From positions 1 to 64,000 of the IMG/VR virus record IMGVR_UViG_3300044712_001255: a DNA stretch of 64,000 nt; one strand, given 5' to 3'. Both the position numbers and the translations under genes were made by a program. Positions 9,236-17,503 of the stretch are shown one piece after another; position 1 is the first letter of the stretch, and every line of letters begins with the position of its first letter. A model generated the notes under the pieces. It saw nothing but the letters and a program-made list of their open reading frames with translations. It was not told the DNA's origin and ran no database searches.

Positions 9236-9821
9236 AATTGTCGTAAAATCACAGGCAGGTGTTACACGTCCGAGAATGGCGACAACTATCAAGTTGCCAT
9301 TGATGGCTGGGAATTCTGAATCTAGGCTGGTGTATTTGACTGGAGATGTGACAGAAGAATCTATAGCTGAAGTACAGCGTACCATCTTAGATCTTTCGAC
9401 TCACAGCAAGCAGCCAATTCATCTTGTCGTATCCACATACGGTGGCGCCGTGCATGAAATGTTCTCATTGTATGATGTGATGAAGTTTGTGCCATGTCCC
9501 ATTCACACAGTTGCACTTGGTAAGGTGATGTCTGCTGGTAGCCTAATTTTTGCTGCTGGTGAAAAGGGCAATAGGTTGATTGGTGCGTCAACAAGGGTGA
9601 TGATTCACGCATTGTCGGCTGGATTCTATGGCAATTACTTTGAACTTCTAAACAGCGTTGATGAAGTGAAGGAATTGCAGAGGATGTATGTTGAGCGTTT
9701 GGCAAGGGAGACAAAGATGTCTCCAAAGAAGATTGAAGACTTGCTGAACTCAAAACTCGACATGACGATAACGCCAAAGCAAGCAGTTGAACTTGGTATC
9801 GCAGATCGCATCATTGAGTAA
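9228..9821 (+). CDS. clpP: ClpP protease proteolytic subunit
   Basis: RLVYLTGDV, STYGGAV, GKVMSAGS (Ser), VMIH (His), LDMTITPKQAVELGIAD (Asp); catalytic triad intact. Confidence 0.93.
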   Translation: MGRIVVKSQAGVTRPRMATTIKLPLMAGNSESRLVYLTGDVTEESIAEVQRTILDLSTHSKQPIHLVVSTYGGAVHEMFSLYDVMKFVPCPIHTVALGKVMSAGSLIFAAGEKGNRLIGASTRVMIHALSAGFYGNYFELLNSVDEVKELQRMYVERLARETKMSPKKIEDLLNSKLDMTITPKQAVELGIADRIIE

Positions 9822-9864
9822 TTGTTTGTGTAGAAAATGATCGTGCTAGGTAATGTTGTTCAAC

Positions 9865-11511
9865 ATGCCTAAGCACGATCTTCTGAAATATTTCCCGTTC
9901 TCAACAATCAGGCCACAACAACAAGAAGCAATTGCGTTTGCATTGAATGCATTTGAATCTGGCAAACGATTTGTCGTGTTGGAACTTGGCACAGGCGTTG
10001 GCAAGTCAGCCACAGGAGTCTGTATTTCTAGATACATGCGTTCTCACAGCGTGGCTGACACAACGTATGGCGTTGGATCGTGGTTTCTAACAACGCAAAA
10101 GATCCTGCAGCAGCAATACATGCGTGATTTTGGTGGTCCACGTCCTACTGACATGAAGACCATCAAGTCTTCTACGAGTTTCTGTTGCCAGATGCATGAT
10201 GATTCTGAGGAGTGTGACAAGCTGACATGCGGTGAAATTCACCGTCTGATGAACGCAAATCAGATTTTCAAAATGCTGTACAAGACCTGCGTGACAAAGT
10301 GCAGGTATAAGCAAGAAAAGTCTGTTTGGATGGAGGCATTGGAAAGCTGCACAAATTATGCATACTTCTTTGCAGAATCACAGTATGCAAAGCAAATTCA
10401 GCCTCGAGAGTTGCTTGTGCTTGATGAGGCGCACACCATAGAAGAACAGCTCAGTAGTTTCGTTGAAATCTCCGTTAGCGAGAGATTCGCTCAGCAACAT
10501 CTTGATGTGAAAATGCCACGTTCATTCGCTAACATGGCGGCTGCGGTGTCATGGATTCGATCAAAATATCTCAAGGCATTGCGCAAAAAGGTGGAAGAAA
10601 TGGGCAAAATGCTTGAGGATATGACGGATGCTGCCAAAAAGATAAAGTCATTTCAAGACTTTGCGCAACGCCACGACCTTCTAGATAAACACATGTGTAA
10701 GGTGAACAGGTTCCTCAAGTCGTACAGAGAAGAAAATTGGGTGATGAACGAGGTGGCACCGCAAGGTAAGGCAATGCGGAAGTTGGAGTTTAAACCTGTT
10801 GATGTGAGTGAATTTGCTCATGATCATCTTTTCAACTTCGGAAAGCACGTTTTGCTGATGTCGGCGACAATTCTTGACAAAGACGTGTTCTGCCGTTCTC
10901 TTGGCATAGACGTTACGCAGACAGAATTTTTGAGAATTGGTTCTCCATTTGATGTTTCAAACAGACCGATTCACATTATGCCCGTTGCGTCTATGTCAAA
11001 GGCTCGTATTGACGAGTCTCTTCCAACGATGGTAGAAGCTGTGAAATTCATTGTTGATCAACACAAGAATGACAAGGGAATTATTCACTGCGTAAATTTC
11101 AAAATAGCACAGTATTTGATTGAGCATTGTGGAAATCCGCGTCTTGTGACACATGACTCTACAAATCGAGATCTGATCTTGAAGATGCACGAAGAGTCAC
11201 CGCAACCATCAGTACTTGTCAGTCCTTCTATGATGGAAGGCGTTGATCTAGCTGATGACAAGAGCAGATTCCAGATTCTGTGCAAAGTTCCATTCCCGTA
11301 CTTGGGTGACAAAGTTATTCAGAAACGTATGCAACGTGATTCACGTTGGTATGACTACAAGACAGTAATGATGACAATCCAGGCGTTCGGTCGTTCTGTA
11401 AGAAATGAGGATGATCATGCAATTTCGTATGTGATAGATTCTGATTGGGAACGTTTCTTCCGTAAGACGAAAAGTATGTTTCCTGACGAGTTCATTCAGG
11501 CGATACGTTGA
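9865..11511 (+). CDS. DinG/Rad3/XPD-family SF2 helicase
   Basis: RPQQ Q-motif, LGTGVGKS Walker A, LVLDEAH, MSATI, EGVDL, QAFGRSVR, plus a Cys cluster. ORF track start is 9853; ATG 9865 follows TGTAGA-16-TAATGT. Confidence 0.92.
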   Translation: MPKHDLLKYFPFSTIRPQQQEAIAFALNAFESGKRFVVLELGTGVGKSATGVCISRYMRSHSVADTTYGVGSWFLTTQKILQQQYMRDFGGPRPTDMKTIKSSTSFCCQMHDDSEECDKLTCGEIHRLMNANQIFKMLYKTCVTKCRYKQEKSVWMEALESCTNYAYFFAESQYAKQIQPRELLVLDEAHTIEEQLSSFVEISVSERFAQQHLDVKMPRSFANMAAAVSWIRSKYLKALRKKVEEMGKMLEDMTDAAKKIKSFQDFAQRHDLLDKHMCKVNRFLKSYREENWVMNEVAPQGKAMRKLEFKPVDVSEFAHDHLFNFGKHVLLMSATILDKDVFCRSLGIDVTQTEFLRIGSPFDVSNRPIHIMPVASMSKARIDESLPTMVEAVKFIVDQHKNDKGIIHCVNFKIAQYLIEHCGNPRLVTHDSTNRDLILKMHEESPQPSVLVSPSMMEGVDLADDKSRFQILCKVPFPYLGDKVIQKRMQRDSRWYDYKTVMMTIQAFGRSVRNEDDHAISYVIDSDWERFFRKTKSMFPDEFIQAIR

Positions 11512-11513
11512 TC

Positions 11514-11542
11514 GTTTACGTCTAGATGCTGTTTGATACATT
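11514..11542 (+). promoter_or_regulatory. Sigma70-like promoter GTTTAC-17-TACATT with TGn extension
   Basis: Hexamers and spacing read directly. Confidence 0.6.
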
Positions 11543-11563
11543 TCAAACCGAACCGGAGATACT

Positions 11564-11785
11564 ATGACTACAAAAGACAGCACTACAGACAACGAACTTC
11601 TTGGAATGTGGAATGAGATTCGTCAGCTTGTCGATGATATTGACGTTGATGCGCTGAAGAATGCAAATGGCGTTGCGTCAGCAGGCGTTCGACTTCGCAA
11701 GGGCCTACGATTGCTCAAGGCAAAGGCTAGTAAGCTTGTGAAGCTGTCTGTTGAAAAGGGCAAGGCCGAACACGCAAAGAAGTAA
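11564..11785 (+). CDS. Histone H1-like Hc1-family protein
   Basis: NGVASAGVRLRKGLRLLKAKASKLVKLSVE resembles the Hc1 core KGNKAAGTRARKASLEL; basic C-terminus. Confidence 0.65.
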   Translation: MTTKDSTTDNELLGMWNEIRQLVDDIDVDALKNANGVASAGVRLRKGLRLLKAKASKLVKLSVEKGKAEHAKK

Positions 11786-11804
11786 CGCGTGAGTTTCATA
11801 AAGC

Positions 11805-11830
11805 CGAGCCTGCCAATGCTGGTGGGCTCG
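11805..11830 (+). terminator. Stem-loop, possible terminator
   Basis: CGAGCCTGCCA-ATGC-TGGTGGGCTCG: 11-bp stem with two G-U pairs and a weak U tract. Confidence 0.5.
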
Positions 11831-11874
11831 ATGCCATTTTGTGACCAAGTTGCCTAGATATAGCTGAGGAAAAT

Positions 11875-12231
11875 ATGCCCGCACCCAGAGCAGTTCTATA
11901 TGATGTTCATCATAAAGGTTTGAAGATTCATGTTCCGCACACAAAAATATCTGCAAGTGGAATGTTGAAGTCGGGCGCACCAGTAGACGAACTTGATGAA
12001 GTGATCGTAACGCAAATTGTCGTTCCTCCTCCCACGCCTGTTTATGTTCCCGTAGAGGTTCCAGTCGTTGAACCAATCGTGACGCAGGCCATTGAAGAGC
12101 CAGTTGTCGCAGAACAGATTGTTCAGGAGCCAGCACCAGTTATTGATGACCCAGCTCCAGAACAGACGCCAGAAGTTACTAATGATGATGCTGATAAGAA
12201 GGTCGTAAAGAAGAAGTTTGGTCGTAAGTGA
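11875..12231 (+). CDS. Pro/Val/Glu-rich hypothetical protein
   Basis: GAGGA SD; low-complexity C-half ending KKKFGRK. Confidence 0.7.
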   Translation: MPAPRAVLYDVHHKGLKIHVPHTKISASGMLKSGAPVDELDEVIVTQIVVPPPTPVYVPVEVPVVEPIVTQAIEEPVVAEQIVQEPAPVIDDPAPEQTPEVTNDDADKKVVKKKFGRK

Positions 12232-12492
12232 TCACAGTTCTAACGACTCTCTTATCTTAGTCTTGATCCCTTTCTCAATTTGACAAATTCTCATACGAGA
12301 TACATTGAACATTTGTCCAATCTTTTCAAGGGTATAGGGTCCGTCTTCTGCGGCTATGACGCTGCAATTTTGTTTCTCTTCCATAGAGACCCAATGACTA
12401 CACGTTTTACGTTCGCAAGAAATGCAACGATCTCTGTGCTCTTTGAAACAAGTCGTGCCGACTACGGGAAGTTTTTTGATAGTTGTTGGCAT
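12232..12492 (-). CDS. Cys-rich protein with sigma70 region-4-like HTH
   Basis: YTLEKIGQMFNVSRMRICQIEK matches the region 4.2 TLxEIGxxxxVSRERIRQIE pattern. Confidence 0.75.
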   Translation of the reverse strand: MPTTIKKLPVVGTTCFKEHRDRCISCERKTCSHWVSMEEKQNCSVIAAEDGPYTLEKIGQMFNVSRMRICQIEKGIKTKIRESLEL

Positions 12493-12572
12493 AAGGAAGA
12501 CAATTCCTCTTTTCTATGTTAGAATGTAATCACAAGCCGATTGCATGTACAAAACGATCGCGCAGGGAACAA

Positions 12573-13958
12573 ATGCAGAAAACGTACGTCATCGATACAA
12601 ATGTGTTGCTAAGTGATCCCAATGCTCTTCAATCATTTGAAGACAACTCTCTCATAGTTCCTCTCGCAGTATTAGAGGAACTTGATAGGCATAAGAATAG
12701 ACAAGATGATGTTGGCGCTTGCGCACGTCAAGTGAACAGAAATCTTGACAAGTTGCGAGAAAAAGGAAACTTGCTAGAAGGCGTTAAGACTGCCGGTGGT
12801 GGTACATTACGCATAGCAAGCATCGATCCAAACGCAACGTTACAGTTACTACCTCCAGAACTTGAGGGCGCAAAGGTCGACAATTTGATCATTGCGTTTA
12901 TGTTACAACAACGTGCATCAGGTAATCAGTCAATTTTGGTGTCAAAAGACATCAACGTTAGAATAAAGTGCGATGCGCTTGGAATCAAATGCGAAGATTA
13001 CAAGAAGATGCGTGTTGCCGATGATCCTAAAAAGTTCTATCGTGGCGTTGTTGTACACGAAGTATCAAAAGAGTTCATCAATCAATTCTACGCTGATGGT
13101 GGCATCACGCCAGATCCTTCTTGGGAATTGTTTCCAAATCAGATCGTTGTGTTGAAGAATGTCAGTGGAAATCAGACGCAATCTTCTGCGATTGCACGAT
13201 TTGTTTCTGTTGAGGAAAATGATCGTTGGCTACGGCCCACCCTAAAAATCGAATCTAGTTTTGGGTTGAGGCCTAGAAACAAGGAACAGAATTTTTCTCT
13301 CGACCTCCTGTATGACCCAAGCATCAAGTTGGTGACGCTTGTTGGCCCGTCTGGTACTGGTAAGACATTATTGGCAATTGCTGCCGGCCTTGAACAGAAT
13401 GTTCATATCGGTGATAAGAAGCTAGCAAGGTACGGTAGACTTGTTGTCACCCGTCCAGTTCAGCCAGTGGGTAGAGATATCGGTTTCTTGCCGGGTTCTT
13501 TGTATGAAAAAATGGAGCCTTGGCTCGCTCCTGTGCGTGACAACTTGGCGTTTCTGATGTCAAGTGGAGGCAAAAAGAAGCCTCAGATGAAAGCGACTGA
13601 TGCCTCTGGACAACGCATTGATCCGTACATGTCATTGATGATCGAAAAGGGTGTCATTGAGATCGAGGCGATCTCGTACATCAGAGGCAGATCAATCCCA
13701 GATTCTTATATCGTGATTGATGAAGCACAAAATTTGACGATTCATGAATTGAAGACAATCATCACACGTGTGGGAGAGAACACCAAGATCATTCTTACGG
13801 GTGATATTGAGCAGATCGACAACGTAAACGTCGATGTTTTTAGCAATGGGTTGTCTTATGCTATCGAGAAGTTCAAGAACACACCCATCGCTGCACACGT
13901 TACGCTTCTAAAGGGCGAGCGCAGCGAGTTAGCTACAATAGCAGCACAACTTCTATAA
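12573..13958 (+). CDS. phoH: PIN-domain + PhoH-family ATPase (YlaK/PhoH2-like)
   Basis: VIDTNVLL...EELDRHK...SKDINVR (PIN); GPSGTGKT, GFLPG, YIRGRS, IDEAQN, GDIEQID (PhoH). Confidence 0.93.
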   Translation: MQKTYVIDTNVLLSDPNALQSFEDNSLIVPLAVLEELDRHKNRQDDVGACARQVNRNLDKLREKGNLLEGVKTAGGGTLRIASIDPNATLQLLPPELEGAKVDNLIIAFMLQQRASGNQSILVSKDINVRIKCDALGIKCEDYKKMRVADDPKKFYRGVVVHEVSKEFINQFYADGGITPDPSWELFPNQIVVLKNVSGNQTQSSAIARFVSVEENDRWLRPTLKIESSFGLRPRNKEQNFSLDLLYDPSIKLVTLVGPSGTGKTLLAIAAGLEQNVHIGDKKLARYGRLVVTRPVQPVGRDIGFLPGSLYEKMEPWLAPVRDNLAFLMSSGGKKKPQMKATDASGQRIDPYMSLMIEKGVIEIEAISYIRGRSIPDSYIVIDEAQNLTIHELKTIITRVGENTKIILTGDIEQIDNVNVDVFSNGLSYAIEKFKNTPIAAHVTLLKGERSELATIAAQLL

Positions 13959-14015
13959 TTCAAGCGTTGATTCGGTACCTACATCGCCGCCTGCTGTATA
14001 TTTGTCTCAGACGGC

Positions 14016-15011
14016 ATGAGCGGTATTCTCGACAGCAAGACAAGAGTTTTAGACGTAGTTCTAACAGATGAGGGTCGTCGACAACTTGCATCTGGTAAGC
14101 TACGTCTAAAATATGCGTCATTCACGGATGACGGTGCGTTCTATCGTGCAGATGACGACGGTGTGACTGCTGATGACGCCACGCAAAGATTGTACCTTGA
14201 GAATTGTGAGCTCCCTCAGGACCAGGTGACGTTTCAATCAAACGTTGCAGGTAAAGTGACTCCGTTTAAAAACATCAGCGGTATTACGATAGCTGACGGC
14301 AAGATCATTTCAAATATCTCAAGCTCATTGCTGACGGGATCTAATGATGGATTGATTCTGTCTGGCAGTGATCTTGTTGTGTCTGTTGACGAGTTGCTCA
14401 ACGCATCTATTGACAGCTTCACAAAGCTACGAACTATTGGCACGGTGAATCATCTTCTAGATGATTTCAACTTCGCCGTTTCAGAGAATTCAATACGTTT
14501 TGTTATCACCAATGACAAGCCATTAGCAAAAACGCAACGAAAGATAGCTAACATCACTCAACTCGAGGGGTTGATAGCAGATCCACGCTTTAGTAATCAA
14601 GCAAATTTCCAGTTTTTGCCACCCATACAACGTATGTCTTCTGTCATTGACAAAAAGGACGTTGCTACAATCATTAAAACTTATGGCGTAGGTGACTATG
14701 TTCCTTGGGGGCTTACTTCTCCATTGACGATTTCAAACATAAATGATGAATTGTCGTCGTACGCCAATTTAGGTTTCAGCAAACGTATCAAGTTTGATCC
14801 AACTTCATATGATAATACGTTGTTTGGACAATTCTTTGAACAAACGGAGAATGAATTACGTAAGCTTGACGTGATTGATTACGGAACACATGCGTACGTT
14901 GGCGAGAGCGGACGTGATGTTTGGCAACACGTATTTTTTGCCGGTCGTATGTTGGTGGATGATAACGGAGATGATACGTTCATTCACTACTTTACGTTAG
15001 TGTTTTCTTGA
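14016..15011 (+). CDS. Putative baseplate/tail structural protein
   Basis: N-terminus GILDSKTRVLDVVLTDEGRRQLA is paralogous to that of 23612; lies in the virion cluster. Confidence 0.6.
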   Translation: MSGILDSKTRVLDVVLTDEGRRQLASGKLRLKYASFTDDGAFYRADDDGVTADDATQRLYLENCELPQDQVTFQSNVAGKVTPFKNISGITIADGKIISNISSSLLTGSNDGLILSGSDLVVSVDELLNASIDSFTKLRTIGTVNHLLDDFNFAVSENSIRFVITNDKPLAKTQRKIANITQLEGLIADPRFSNQANFQFLPPIQRMSSVIDKKDVATIIKTYGVGDYVPWGLTSPLTISNINDELSSYANLGFSKRIKFDPTSYDNTLFGQFFEQTENELRKLDVIDYGTHAYVGESGRDVWQHVFFAGRMLVDDNGDDTFIHYFTLVFS

Positions 15012-15019
15012 GGTGAACG

Positions 15020-17503
15020 GTGTCAATCATATACAGCGCAGACGCTCTCAGTCATGGCATCATATCGATAGATGAGCAACGATTTGCAAAACTCTATAAT
15101 GTCATGGATTCACAGGCTGGCAAGGTGCTATGCTTTAGGATGTGGTGTTCTGTTGACATTAATCGTGTATTTCAACAAAAAGCATTCATCATCAGGACTA
15201 CAGTATCTTCTCAACTAGTGCCATCGCCGTCTGTTACAGTGAATTTAGAAGGTCAAATAGATAATCAACAGGTTGTACAAAATATGTTGTTGCGTATGGC
15301 AAGACTACGTAACAGCCGTTCACAGATAAAATCATATCAATTGGCTAAGGTTGAAAGCGACATCTCAGCGTTCGTAAATAACGAGTCAGTTCAAGCATTA
15401 AACGCTGGAGTATCTGTTGAAAATGTTCCATCGCAATGGAATAAACAACTTGTTAATCGACAAGTTGCTAATCTACATGAAGCGGGCGATGAGACCGCCG
15501 TGCTTGATAAGTTGGCGTGGTCTACTGGTACGGTACGGAATGCAACTACAACAGCTGCAACAAGAAAATTGATGCTCGACATGATCATGCGTAGCGGGAT
15601 TGATCCAAGTTATGTAGCTGTTATGCATGATCGATCGTTAACGTCAAAACAACAAGTTGATGGTACGGTTCGACAAGCACCGCTTGCGAAAACAAATGAT
15701 GAAGATCATACATCGCAAACAAGACTATTGAACTTTCATGTTGCATCAAACGTAGAAACAACACCAAATACATCTGGTGATATAAGAAATACGTCAAAGA
15801 TAGTGCAAGTATTGGAAAGCACATTACAAAAATCATACGTTATCCCTATTGATGTGCAATTTTCAATTGCAGATCTTCCGTATGATGTTGTTGAGGTTAA
15901 ATTTGAACTTTTGAATGCAAAACGTCAAGCAATCGATACTGTTGTGGTTAGATTACCAGTTCACAATCATTATTCAAGCTATCGTTATCCCATAAAGGCG
16001 CCAAAAGTAAGCCTGTCTCGTGGTAAAGATGATAGTGATGTCACGTTAGAGATAACAAATCTTGACGATAAGACAAGCGGCATCAAGTTGCTACGCAAGA
16101 CGATACAACGTACCATATCTTCTATTGATGATTACGCTGAAGTTGGTGATTTTGATCTATCGCCGGGATCAAAAAGAATAAGCATTCCTGTTGTTGGAAC
16201 ATGGAATTCATATGTGATTTTACGTGTTATCCCATACGGAGTTCAAGGTGAATTATCTAATGAATTCACTAACGTAGTCATTCGACCAAAAAAGGTGTAT
16301 CAACTAACTTCAATTTCGTTAGTTACGAAGATTGTTGATACGGGTATTCAACTTGAGCTTAGGCGCATTCCTTACAACGTTACGTCAGTGCAATTCCTAG
16401 TTCGTAATAAGACATTGCATGAAACTCGATGGTCATTTCTTGGATCTCCACAAGTGATATCTGAAGAGACACGTGCAATTGACACGATATCAGTTGTTGA
16501 TACGCATGTCAAGAATCAACGCATTTACGAGTATTCAGCAAAGCTTTTCTATGATAACGGCGAAGAAGAGCAATGTGGTAGCGCGTTGTTAGAGTTCATC
16601 AAACCACAAGCAAACATAGTTGATACGAAGGTTACTAACGTTACGACACATACGCGTGATGATGATGGCGAAACGAATGTATCATTTTTGATTAATACAC
16701 AGCTTCTAGATAACAACTTCGATATGTTACATGGGTTGTTGAAGGTGCGTGAGATTGACGCCTTTTTTAGCAATGAAGTTGAAAAGGAACGTGCACTTTT
16801 CAAAAAGCTTGTTGCTCATAACGTACAACGAGTGAATATTGTTACGGGTGAACGAGAAGATTTTGGTGTGATTACGAGCGAATCATTTGATGATGCAAAG
16901 ATGCGTGTCAATAGCTCAGTAAAACCGCTGGATGAAGATTACGCGTATCGATACGAGATTTATCCTCTGCTAAGATCGCCTGAAACATTGTTCAAGACGT
17001 TCAATAAGCAGGTAGTTGATCAACGATCAAAGAGACCGTACGTGTTCAATCCAGCAAAATTCTTGCATCCACTGGCACATGATACTGGTACGTTGTATAC
17101 ACCTCTTGGAACACAAATGCTAAGTTCAAAGAGTGATTTTTCACACGGTGTTTTAGGAAATGTTGTAGCAGTAGACGCTACGTTTGGTACGAATACATTC
17201 AATATAGAAAATGTTGATTATTCCTGGAACGATCACGATACGATTAAGCTGTCTTGGCAAACTGAGGGTGATATGACAGCTATCGATCATTTTCTAGTGT
17301 CGAAAGATGTTATGGGCATTCGTACGATCATAGGAAAGACACATTCATCTTATTTGCACAATAACGTTGTGTTTTTGCATCATCTTAACAAGAATGATAT
17401 TGGTGCGTTTCGATATGTTGTGACGGCTATCACAAATGATTATCAAGTCGTTGGTAACGTTGGAGTTAGTGACGTCGTGGAGGTTACAAATGTCAACGGC
17501 TAA
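15020..17503 (+). CDS. Large putative virion protein, beta-rich
   Basis: 827 aa with Ig/Fn3-like YEY/YRY strands; operon context. Confidence 0.55.
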   Translation: MSIIYSADALSHGIISIDEQRFAKLYNVMDSQAGKVLCFRMWCSVDINRVFQQKAFIIRTTVSSQLVPSPSVTVNLEGQIDNQQVVQNMLLRMARLRNSRSQIKSYQLAKVESDISAFVNNESVQALNAGVSVENVPSQWNKQLVNRQVANLHEAGDETAVLDKLAWSTGTVRNATTTAATRKLMLDMIMRSGIDPSYVAVMHDRSLTSKQQVDGTVRQAPLAKTNDEDHTSQTRLLNFHVASNVETTPNTSGDIRNTSKIVQVLESTLQKSYVIPIDVQFSIADLPYDVVEVKFELLNAKRQAIDTVVVRLPVHNHYSSYRYPIKAPKVSLSRGKDDSDVTLEITNLDDKTSGIKLLRKTIQRTISSIDDYAEVGDFDLSPGSKRISIPVVGTWNSYVILRVIPYGVQGELSNEFTNVVIRPKKVYQLTSISLVTKIVDTGIQLELRRIPYNVTSVQFLVRNKTLHETRWSFLGSPQVISEETRAIDTISVVDTHVKNQRIYEYSAKLFYDNGEEEQCGSALLEFIKPQANIVDTKVTNVTTHTRDDDGETNVSFLINTQLLDNNFDMLHGLLKVREIDAFFSNEVEKERALFKKLVAHNVQRVNIVTGEREDFGVITSESFDDAKMRVNSSVKPLDEDYAYRYEIYPLLRSPETLFKTFNKQVVDQRSKRPYVFNPAKFLHPLAHDTGTLYTPLGTQMLSSKSDFSHGVLGNVVAVDATFGTNTFNIENVDYSWNDHDTIKLSWQTEGDMTAIDHFLVSKDVMGIRTIIGKTHSSYLHNNVVFLHHLNKNDIGAFRYVVTAITNDYQVVGNVGVSDVVEVTNVNG

